Source: Ramazzottius varieornatus (lineage: Eukaryota; Animalia; Tardigrada). From it: a DNA stretch of 64,000 nt. This document shows, piece by piece, positions 52,957-64,000 of the stretch. A program made the position numbers and the translations under genes. The stretch spans positions 1,356,973 to 1,420,972 of the forward strand of contig BDGG01000012.1 in NCBI GenBank assembly GCA_001949185.1, given 5' to 3'. Below the pieces are notes generated by a model. The model had not been told where the DNA came from, did not search any database, and saw nothing but the letters and a program-made list of their open reading frames with translations. Within the stretch, counting starts at the first letter, position 1; every line of letters starts with the position of its first letter.

Positions 52957-54548
52957 TCATTGTCGTTTTCGTACTCGCAGGCTGCGTACGTAGTCCCGCG
53001 CATTTTCATAGGTGTAGTCCGTAGCCGGTATTCCCAGGTAGTCAGCCACCGACTGCTGAACGTTCGCTGCAAAGACATGTGGATTCTTCTTTTCCTCCTC
53101 CGAAGGGTAGTAGATGGGAAGAATGTGAATACGGGCCGTAATGTGGGGCTACAGAAACAGTCAGCACTTGGCATAATAGACAAACCCAAACGTCAACGAG
53201 AACCAAGCACACTCCACGCACCGCATACCAGGAGTCCGTAATTCATCAAGACACCGCTATATGCACGTTCGTGGCACAAACCCAGTTTTCGGTACCGCAT
53301 TCCAGAAACATGATGTACCTGCATACACGGGCAGTACGCCAACCCTACCACAATCTGTACGCAGGTACACGAACAATGGGCGGATTTTGGCCATCACGGC
53401 TGCTTCTCTTTATAGTTATGCCGTTTAGTTTCAGTTACTCTTTTCCCAGTCTAAATTTTAGAGAAATTTGATACCTGCAGGAGGATGAAGATCATGCTCT
53501 GCCAGACCGGGACACTAGAGTCCCAGGCCATGATGAGAGGATTCCAGTTGGACATGCAGGATCGATATTCGATGCTGGCTATTTGGATAGGCTGGCCGGG
53601 GTAGAAGGCGCCTGTCTTGAACTTGTACAGACATTGCCCGTTGCCAGTTGTCCCCTCTGGGAATACCAACAAGGGCGGCCAGATGCCCTTCTCCGTGCTA
53701 CATCGCTTAATTATTGCTTCCTTTGAGTTCGCACGACTGCAACGAAGCGGAAAAACAGGCTCAAGTCAACCACACACTCAAAAGAAACTGGTGGATCACT
53801 CCTAAAGGCTTTTCTATACCTTTCGGGCTTATCGCGGTTGACAAAGATGGGTTGCAGTGTCTTCAAGAACACGCCAAAGATGGGAGCCGATGCCGCCGAA
53901 GCTTTTATCACGGGTGTGATGTTCACAGAAGCTGATATGAAGGCGTCCAAGTAAGAGTAATGAGGAGCGCTGCATAATCAAACACACAAACATTAGCCAC
54001 ATAAGGCCCATTGTACTCGCTGTTCGCTCTGGAAGGCGAAGCAAGGAACGCAAGAATGGCTAGAGTTGTTACCTGATTAGCACAGGGGCAACCGAAGAGC
54101 TGGCAAAGCGGTCGGGCATCCCGCTACTTCCGACAAACTCCACACGTTGAATACCCATCGCGAAGAAGAGTCCACGCGCACACCACAGAATAACTTCGCG
54201 ACATCCAGCCCGCCAGCCCGTGAACGGAGCAGCGTTGACAATCTGGTCGGGATTACGGAATATGGCTATCTTCCCCGCTAGATAGGCAACCAAGAGACAC
54301 AATACGGACAGTACAATTCTGATGGGCAGAACGGGTATCATAAGCCCCATCATGATATAGTCTGTAACGGAAGGCTTGAAGTGATTGGAAAAAGGGGTGA
54401 TGTTTGGTGGGTATTTCTTGAAAACATCTTGCCCCATCTGAAGACTTCCTTCTGCAGACTGACTGGAAGTCGGGCCGGCTGATGGAACATCGTACAGGTC
54501 GCGCGTGGTCCCAAGGTCGGAGGATCCTTCCAGGTTGCCTTCCACCAT
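52957..54548 (-). CDS. Lysophosphatidylcholine acyltransferase (LPCAT1/2-like, AGPAT family), lacking EF-hand tail
   Basis: TM segment LPIRIVL, APHYSYLD (HX4D), QPIFVNR, LVFPEGTT..FKTGAFYPGQPIQ and LPIYYPSEEEKKNPHVFAANVQ; ends RVRKRQ*. Confidence 0.9.
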
Positions 54549-56123
54549 CTTTATAAGGTGGTCCGAAGACAGATTGTGCAGCTCAATCTACAACAGACAT
54601 CAATGTTCGCCTAACGACATAAAACTTTTATCACCTGAACCATCACCCTGCTCCATTCCGGAACACGCATTAGTCTTTCACGCACCTGCAAACACCAAGA
54701 GCTGGATTTGACATATACACGTGTATGCAGGTGCAAGCTGCTAGGGGGCACGGTCTGTTTTCCAAAGTCGTTCATGTATCACACGTACCTTTGCAACAGA
54801 TGCTTCCAGAGTAAATGCCTTGTTCTGGTTTCCTACAAAGAACATGACTTATCACAGGTGGGAAAGATTTAGTATCAGTATTTCAGCAGAAGGCGATATT
54901 TGGGATAATCCCCACTCCAACTTCCGTTGTGGCCCACTGCCTTTCGTTCGAACTCTTTCTAAATGCAGAAGGTACAACGATCGAATGCAGCGCGACAGCC
55001 AATAAGTCCTTAAGCCCTACCTATATCCTTGAAGGGAAGCTGGAATAAATTTAGATCAGCCGAGAAAGTGGAACAGATTACGAAGTAGATTACCGTATCA
55101 AGTCGCGCACAAAGATACAGATAAGCTTCCAAGTATTCCAGAATCCTACGTCCCGCAGCCCGCTTTCGAGTTTCGGTCTTATCAATGATAAATCAGTGTT
55201 CCTTGCTCCATAAACACCCAGAACACACGAGCAATCTCTCTTGTTCGAGATTGAAATTTTCCCAGGTCCCAACTTCGTCTCCTCATTCCTCAAATTAGAA
55301 TTGAACACATCATGCATGACTTTCAAGCCACGCGACTGGTGAAGGAACGACCACGGTGGAGGTCTTCCGACGTCACGTTTTGCAGTGTGTAACTCGCTAA
55401 TTGTCCTAGCTTTCTCACAAATACCGCTGACGTCAGCACAAATCGTTATCGATCGAGAGGCGCCCGACAGATGTCCTCCTGAAGGTCGCCGGAACGACAA
55501 GCGCTTCCTGTATTCCTTTCCAGGGATGCCCTCTAGGACCCTGTTTAAACTGTATAACTTCCCGATAGCATCTACCAGTACATCCCTAGCTTATTACGAA
55601 GAGGGAAAAATAAGCTTAACCATATAGTACTGGTACCGGAAGTTCCCGTGGGTTCGTGAGCGGAATAGCGAAACAGAAAGTGCTGAAGGCAGATTCCACT
55701 CGCTCCCACCGTGCCACAAATCTTCAGCAATAACGTTGGCCGAACATGAAGCTTATGCGTGAAGTATGTCCGACAGTACTTGGAGGACTGTGTCCATCTG
55801 AAGACAACGTTCATCGTCCGATTTCAACTTTTGAGGAGAGCCAATGCCCAACCGGCTCGTAAAATCACGATCGTTTTATCCGACGGCAGAATCGACAGGA
55901 ACGACGCTTTTAAAAACTTCTACTTCTGAAGAACCCTTATACCTCTTTTCTCCATAAAAGTTCTATAACAAAATTAGAACCAGTGACCTTGAGTCTTCGG
56001 TCATCTCCACAAGAAACTACGTAGAAAAACTGGTAAGTTACGAAAGTTAAGAATGACGACCTCGTATGTAATACCACAATGCGTATAGTGAGCAATGTAA
56101 AACCGGGAGTGGTAATGCATCTC

Positions 56124-59100
56124 TTAAACAGGAAGGGTGTACATCTTCAGTCCCTCGGTGTCGATCGACGCAGGAAAAATCTGGACTTCTTCCACACTCT
56201 GTAGTATTTAGTACTGAGCTCTGTTTTTTATTCTCAAATATGAAACTCAAGCTTGAGACTAACCTTTGCGTTTTCGATCACCCTGAAGACAGTTTTCCGC
56301 TGGTTTGGATCACTCAACAAGCAATACAAGAATCCTCCTCCTACGAATAACACATTACCATGTGAATATCCAGTTTCTGAAATGGCGGAGTTAAGGTCTA
56401 TCAACGTACCACCAGCACCGGCGAGAGACCCAGCAAACACATCGCTCGTCCCTACCCTTGCAAATGGTAATAGTATCCGGATAATGTGGCGGACAGAAGC
56501 GGGCTCGGTCCCGGCAGCCATGCATTTCTTCTGCCCGTAGTAGTCACTTATACACGAACACACCTTCATAATGACAACCTTAAGGTCACATAAGGACGAC
56601 GGATCTACATTACATGAGTATGCAAGGGATCTATCATGAAGTTCCAACACACCGTTTCGTAGTTCCAAGCTTCGAACGCCTGTGCGCATCTTTGAGCAGT
56701 CTTCTTGAGCGATTCACATGTAGACACCACCTGGGAGTCTCTAGAGTACCAGCTACGCACCACGTTCTGCAGCAGATTCTTCGCGAGTCGGGGTTTGCCT
56801 GGAAGAGAAAATTGACACTTGTAGGTGGATCATTTTGCCCAAAAGGAGATCAGCTCGACCTTTGTTTTCCAACCATGCGGTTCCGGTTACTGTTGGACTT
56901 TCTAACTAACAACATACCGGTATATATAACAAGCAGGCGGGAATTCAGATCTCTTATACGCTGATCACCCAACGGTATCGGCTGGACCGATACCTGAAGA
57001 GGAAGTTGAGGCAAAGAGGTTCCGACTTTGACACCACCAAAGACACCGCCCACTTGGTCCTGCCATCCACCACCTGTCGAACCATTGAGAATTCTTGTTA
57101 GCTGGTCGACGTTAGGATTGAACTTTACAGAACGAGTAAACTGACCTGTCGTCAGCATCTGCTCCACGCATAACACCTAAATAACTGTAGATTCAGTACC
57201 AGCTTCGAGTGAAACAGTCACACGTGTTGGATAGTACTTACAGCATGAACCACAGCCATGTTATCAAAAGACCGGCCAGTTGCTGACCAAAGTGCGGCTA
57301 TGATAGCAGCCGCCAGAATACTGCTTGTACCAAGACCCGAACCTTGGGGGAGGTTCGACCAGCTCACAACTTCAAATCCACAATTCCACCTATCCCGAAG
57401 CTGCTGCTCAAGGCTGGTCTTCTCTTCCAAGGAAACAACTTCCGCAAGTATCAAACAGGCTTTCAACAAAGCTCCTGCACAAAAGAACATTGACGTCAAC
57501 AAAGCCAAACTTGCCCTTTAGGGTACGCAACTATCTCGTACTAAAATTTAAGCGTACCCGCAGCGTTTGGAATACAGTAGTCCCGGAAGTGGGACAGGTC
57601 CGAAAGCACTTGTACATCATCACCGTCTCCGCGTAGGATGATGGAGAAACTACCACCAGACAACAGCCATTAACGTTTACCTGAAAGTTCATCTGAGCAG
57701 CCGTACCTTTCGGTTCGTCTGACCTTTGCCCCTATCGGTCGCTGCAATAACGCTCAAAGTACGGTATACTTCACGTTAATTATCAAGATTAAGGTAAAAC
57801 TTCGAACGTCGAACTACCTTTCCGTCAATTAGGATCGCAACGTTGACTACGGCTCCTCCATTCTCGTACGTTACTGGAGGCTGCAATAAGAAGACTTATG
57901 AATTGCTCGTGCCTGAACGGGTGACGATCTGGGTAGTCGGTACATAAAGTCGAGGTATGCAATACCGTATCGGTCCAACCGCCAGAAAGGTCGAGCCTTG
58001 CTGGACATTCCGCCACGTACCAGTGATCCATAGTCCGCTCGAATGCTAAATTTTCTTTCAACGAGATAAACTAAAAGACGCGTAGAACAATGAAACATCA
58101 CATGACTAAGCTGAGGAGTCTTTCCGAAAAGGTAGTGACAACGTCTGACTTACTTGTTTTGCTGACATCACGGCTCTCCGAATGCAAATCTGCGCAGCGC
58201 CTTCGTAATGTCTCGCACATCTGATCAGCATGTCCGGTTTGAAGCTCCATTCCTCTCGCTGCTTCCTCATCAAGCCCACACCACGCTCAAAATGTCCGTT
58301 CTGTAGAATGCGGAGATTCAGCTAAGCGAATGATAAATTCAAGTTGCGATCGTCGCTTGTAAATAGTACCTCGAAAGCGTCGAAGGCTGGAAGGAACTTT
58401 TCGTTCGCCGCTGGACCACTCCTCAGTCCTCCTTCACCTCTCGCCATGCAGCTCAGCATGTCCGCGGTCAGTGCTAGAGTTCTGGCGGCTACATTGGGTG
58501 GTGCCGTGGATGCGACTAGTTTCAGAGAAGAGAAACATTGGCTTTTGAAGTTTAGCACGAGAAATGGGCGTGGAACCCACCAGAGTCAAGCGCCTCCAGT
58601 ACCACTTTGGTGAATCCATCCACCACGGCCGACTGGAAGTAAGGGAGGTAGTGTATATTTTCGTTTTCTAAAAGGCCTTTGGCCAGTTGACGAGCGAAAA
58701 CTTCATAGAACATGGACCGCTTTGCTTGGAAGTCCGCATTCAGGTCGGCGTTCTGCAGTATATCACACAAACTGTATCGCCATGAAGCCCGCCATCTAGG
58801 AGAAGATATTCCGTGAGGGTTCAACTTTTACACGTCATGATCACAAAATCAGTCTGCCAAAACATGTTTGATACACAAGACGTTTATATCGCATCTTCCG
58901 AGGTCTAACACTCATGGCGGATAATTAAATGTCTTGATAAGAAACTGCCGGGTTCGAGTGCGGACTAAGTCTCACCGTTCGAGTTTAACCGCCAGAGAAA
59001 GCCCAACTTCACTGCCTTGAGAAGAAAATGCCCAGAACAGCATGTCCATAGTCGGTTCGCCGCAGCTGGAGAGAACCGGGAAGAGTTTAGCATTCCAAAG

Positions 59101-61475
59101 AGTCTGCTCTTTCTGGGCGAAAGGTCCAGGCCACAAGTCGGAAGTCGTTATTCCCGTTCTCTCCAGGAAGTTTTTCCACGGAATATTGCAGTAGGTTGTT
59201 CGCTCCATGCTCGTCTGGAATAGAATATCGTTCCGTGACAAATCTCGTTTTGTACCAGAAAACGTAGCGAACTTACTAGTAAGGAGTCATTGAGGCCAAT
59301 CGCCACCGGAACCTTCACACAGGTAGATTCCGGCAAAGCCAATCGAACCGGGAATACTGCCAGGTACAGTCCGGCGTTCAAGCAAAGCTTACTGTCCTAA
59401 GCAGGTGAATTCAATTACTCCACAAACAACCAATTCCGGAGGAAATTTAAGTGCTTGTCTGATACCCTGATGTAGGACATGCGGGTGTCCACGTTGTAAA
59501 TGCACGCATCTTCCTCGATCCGTAGTCGATTTTCCAGAAAGGAATTAGTTACGTGAAGATTTCCCGACATCGGTTCGACGTCGATCAGGCAGCTATTTGC
59601 GGAATGAAAGCGATGAGAAGGCACAGAGGATGACCGACTTACGAACTATTCGAACGATAAAGAACCATCTCAGTTAGCGGCACAGTGGACGAAATGACTA
59701 CGGCAGAGAAGTCGAAAACATACAGAGTGGGAAGACTGTGGGTCGCCCAGACTTTTCATAATATTGAGATACTCCGAAGCGCTTAAGTCCGTGCTCAAAT
59801 AGATATGCCGAGCAAATGGAATGTGAACTGTGGAAGAAACGTAAATAAGACGTAGCAGAAGTAAGGAAAGATTCCTCGTTTCGGATGGTTTGCCACTTAC
59901 AAGACGACAACCGAAAATGCCGCATTTTGTTCCAAATGATCCTTCGAACATTGGTTCCCATTGCTTTCGAAGCGTCACCCGAAGCTCCACCATCGCCTTT
60001 GGTTATGTTGGATCCGCGCTTCATGAAGTCTTCCTCACGTATGCCGTCGCTCATGGCGAGCAGCATATCGAAGAAGAAGGAAACCTGCCGACGAAATTAA
60101 CAATTACACTGCACAACTTACCCAAATGCGTGTAAAACAACAGTACACGTGTACAGTCAAAGAAGTATATCAGGCCAGCTGCGTCAAGGATTGTGCTTAG
60201 CAAGAGACATACCGAGTGAGGTTCCGAACCGACATCAGTGCTCAGATAGGTGCAGCTCTCTATCGCTGGAAATCTTTGCAGTGCTAAGAGTCGTTCGGAA
60301 ACACCGACCGACATGTAGACAATACCGCTGATAAGCTGTAATTCGTTTCCCTCCTGGGTGAAGGACTGTAAAGTGGACTCCGGCGCTCTGTACAGTAGAT
60401 CCTGAACGAGACCCTATATTCAAAACAAGCCGATTCATTACTGTATAAATCATGTTACACTCTGGAAGGCAGGGACTTTTTAATGGAAAAACTTTGTCAT
60501 CAGCTGAATGCCGAACGTGGAACTAATGCGCACTTACGTTTTGTCCAGTAAGCACTACACCATGTTTGCTCGCATAGAAAGGCTCCGCTGGAACGGTGAT
60601 GATGCAAGCGTCGGTTTCACCCGTACTACTGTCTGTCGAAGGTTCCACGAATGCATCTGAAGAAGAAAACGGTTGTTGCACGTTGGTACCCTACCAAGAG
60701 CACGAAGTATGTGAGTTCGAACCTTGATCGTAGTCGATGATCATATCGGTACTACACACCCAAAAGCCAGATCCAAACAGTGGAAGAAGCTGTAACGAAA
60801 ACAATTTCAAGCCACAGAACTCCACTAAGTCTTAACAGAGAGTACACTTCCGGGTTTAGGTTACCTTAGTAGTGGCGAAGTTGTAAAGGTGCAAGATGTT
60901 TGTCGTTATTTCTACGTAGTCCTTGGATGGGCTAATGTGCCCAGGGAGAAGCGTGAAAGCGCCCAGAGGGTTTCCAAAAGGATACGACCGTCCCTACAAA
61001 GAAAAAACCATGTTAGAAAAATCTGCAAATGAACACTGGCACAACCAATGTCTTCCGCATGGGAGAAAGGTACCAATGTCTGCTTTCACGCTTTCACTTA
61101 AGCGCTTACGTGGTGGAGAACCAGAATATTGGAATCAATCAGCACGTCCGCGGAAAGCACATGGTAGCCACGTCTCGCGGACAATTGTTCGACCACATAG
61201 AAGAGTGCGTTTATCGTCGCAGTGCCCGAGCCTACTCCGGAGCTTGTGGACGATACTGGATCCTCTACCACTAGGACGATACAGCTTTGGTGGATAAATC
61301 CTTTCTTTTGATAGGTCAGAAGTTCTGGAATAACCCACAAAAAGAGCGCATCAACCAGCAATGACGGACGAAGTAAAACGTAAACACTGAACTTACCTGA
61401 TTTTATTGCTTCTCCATCCTCGAGAGTTCTGGAGGTAAGCACAATGGCGGTCCATTCTTTTGCTGGCTTGTCCAT
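56124..61475 (-). CDS. FCSK: L-fucose kinase (N-terminal fucokinase/pyrophosphorylase-like domain plus GHMP kinase)
   Basis: WTAIVLT..VEDP..GVGSGTATINAL, GGLRSGPAAN, CPARLDLSGGWTDTPP, SNLPQGSGLGTSSILA, EQMLTTGGGWQDQ, TGKPRLAKNLLQ and LAGAGGGG; many short exons; stop TAA 56124-56126. Confidence 0.93.
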
Positions 61476-62649
61476 GTCTGCTTCTTGTGTACGGGAGGGT
61501 AGTGTAAGTTCTGCAACCTTAGTTGCAACTCCGAAGACAACCGAAGTCTTCAGGTGACGGACGCTTGCAGTAGTTCAGTGGAAATAGTGCATCCACTTCC
61601 GGTCGGTGAATTGCCACGTAGCGCTGCGAGTGTAATGATATTCCACGCACTTCAGCTCGGCCAAGCATAGTGTTCCCTCGCCACAGGTAAAAAGTAGGCT
61701 TCCGAACGAAGCCGAAGAAACTTCGCGGCAGACATCGTCATCGAATGAGAAGGCAGAAAAATCTGGATTCTGGAATCTGGAGAGTTTTTCCGAGTGATAA
61801 GTGACATGATGCAAAAGTCGGAACAACGCTTACGTCATTCTTATTACTCAAAACACATGGCCCACGATTGATTGTTGATCAAACGGCAACAGTACATATC
61901 TCGCTACACCGCTTCGCATAGCCCCGCTTCATTTCAAGCAAGCAAGCAAAATCTCAATATTTACAGTCACAAACTCGACGGATGGCCTGTCGATCCCATA
62001 TTTACAAACTTTTTACGTCGGGTGCGGCGAGGCAAGCTTTCCTCTGCCGTGCAGCAGAACTAGTCATTTAGTTTGGCGCCAAATGAGAAGGAGTTCTCGT
62101 CCATTTTTCTTCTAAAAATTTCTTCCTTGGGTCTTTGGTGAGTTGTCCGCTGCAAGGGAATATTCATCAGTTGAAACTCCAGTTGGCGGGATTGCGTAAC
62201 CTCCAGTCTCTTGGAGGAACAGGATAGTTGAGGATCGAGACGGCGAAGAAGGGCTGAAGCACCAGCGCACCTGAAGCAGCTACATTTGAAATTACGACCT
62301 GCGGTCCTGCATGTTCACTGGCACATTTCTGCAGATTCTTCTCATGCAGGAGAAGCAACCTTGTGTTGCCTTTTCAGAGAACTGGAGTGCGGCAATCGTC
62401 CTAAGCCTGCAGGTAAGATTACATGTAGTGAAGTATCTTCTGCTTCTGCTACGTGCACAGTATCTTTGCTCGAAATACGTGGTAGTACTCACCGACGCTT
62501 TTGGTAACTAATCTTTTTACGTCCCGTTAATTATTACATCTTTTATAGGATTAATCCTGAGGGCTGCAGAATCGTGTGTAGATCTATGCGTATTTTTCTG
62601 GAGGAAGATTTCACCAACGAGACCACCCGCACTGCGATTCTCCACTCCA

Positions 62650-64000
62650 ATGGTAAGCTCCAGTTCGTTGTTCCAATCAACAAATCAGTTCAGTGGTACC
62701 GAGCTAAGCTACCGTGACGACGATGAAATGTGTTCAGTTGATTATCCTCGCCGACACGCAGCTGTCTCTCTGTTGGCATGTTGCTGAACCGTCAAGCAGT
62801 CTTGCCTCTGATCGTAAACTTACGGGCACGTGTGTCTAATCGGTCGACTAGCACGACTGTTGATACACTTTGCAAGATCTGATGTAACTGTGCTACGACT
62901 GTTTATGGTTGTGGTTTGTTCTTTTGCAGACTCACCTGGCGGATTCTGCAGTCGATCCTGATCGGAAGAGCGACCAAGATGCAGCTTTGAACGAGATACA
63001 AACTACACCGTTAACACCGTAAGTTCGAATCGCAGGTTCAAAGTTTTCGTGCAAACAGATATGAGTGCCTTCTTACCTAGTCTTGCTTCGACTTCGATTT
63101 CGATTTGAATGTCGCGTTCGCTAATTGTTCCCCTTCATGCATTGCAGTGGCTCTCCCGAAAGTGATACGGCTTCCGTCTTGGAAAGGAACATGATGGAGG
63201 AGCTCATCGCCATGGGAGATGAAGCAGAAGATGCTACTGCTGCAGGCCCAGAGCCTCCGGCGATACCAGACGATGCACTGGAGAAGATGGACAGCGAGGA
63301 AGTTGCTCCAGACGCGGGCGCCGAAGCAGACACGAAGGTCGTTTTGGAGAAGGTGGAGATCGAGGAAGCTACTCCAGACCCTCACCTGGACGCTGTCTCG
63401 GAGGTAGTGCAGAAAAAGGTGGAAGCTGGTGCAGTCACTGACCCAGAAGCTGTAGCGAAGGAAGTGCTGGAAAAGATCTTGGTGTCCACAGTCCAGCGGG
63501 TACATCCTGTTAAACTTTCCCAAGCAATTCCCGTCAAGGTGTCGGCTGAGAATGTGACACGGCTGGACAAACTTCTCACCGGAAGTGGCGCTGCTGGTTC
63601 AACCGATACTCAACCGGAAGTCGAGAAAGAAACGACAAGCCTACTCCTAATCGGAGAAGTGACGGTTGTAGCAGAGGTAGTCCTAACTGAAGTACCTACC
63701 GAAACGACTACAGTCGCGGAAAACATTGTCAGTAGCGCTGTGAGTACGGAAGTTACCGTGCCTGCTGTCTCGCTCGCTTCCACCCGAGAATCATCGTGTA
63801 ACTCTTCATTGGGGTGTGAAGTTAGTAATAGTAACAGCGGGACCGTCAGTTCGGAAAACAGCAATATAACAGACGACGAAGACGATGACTATTTGACCAC
63901 TACGCAGAAGCTGATCATCGACGAAGGTGGGCTGGATAGTCGGAACACGTCCTTCGTGAAGTCTCGCTGCAATACCCCAGAAGGTTCGTCCGCGGGGAAA
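62650..64000 (+). CDS. Uncharacterised acidic low-complexity protein, 5' part (runs off window); start uncertain
   Basis: ATG just before a GTAAGC donor (62650-62652), exon ~62930-63018, then an open frame from ~63149 to the window end rich in E/V/A/T/D. Confidence 0.6.

Overview
This is eukaryotic (animal) genomic DNA, not prokaryotic. It is a very compact, gene-dense region with mostly 50-100 nt GT-AG introns. The architecture resembles a tardigrade-type compact invertebrate genome (inference, not verified). About 18 intact or window-truncated protein-coding genes were reconstructed by hand across introns, in order: 3' part of an OATP/SLCO transporter, ninjurin, Dpy-30, tetraspanin, Rab5, SDF2, eIF2D, a catalytically dead secreted serine-protease homologue, two orphan genes, a strongly divergent spermidine-synthase-like gene, CFAP70, GRK2/Gprk1, ERp29, KIAA1143, BCKDK, LPCAT, FCSK and the 5' part of an acidic orphan. 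A ~11 kb island (27-38.2 kb) holds decayed DNA transposons: a Sola-like DDD transposase with an upstream BED finger, a PIF/Harbinger relic, an internally deleted Tc1, a hAT MITE with 8-bp TSD, other palindromic MITEs and a 50-N gap. The most interesting items are the spermidine-synthase paralogue with a rebuilt amine-acceptor site, a Rab5 whose CC prenylation motif lies 16 residues from the C-terminus, the BED-plus-Sola transposase, and an intronic pre-miRNA-like hairpin in LPCAT. Exon boundaries were read manually and may be off by a few bases.
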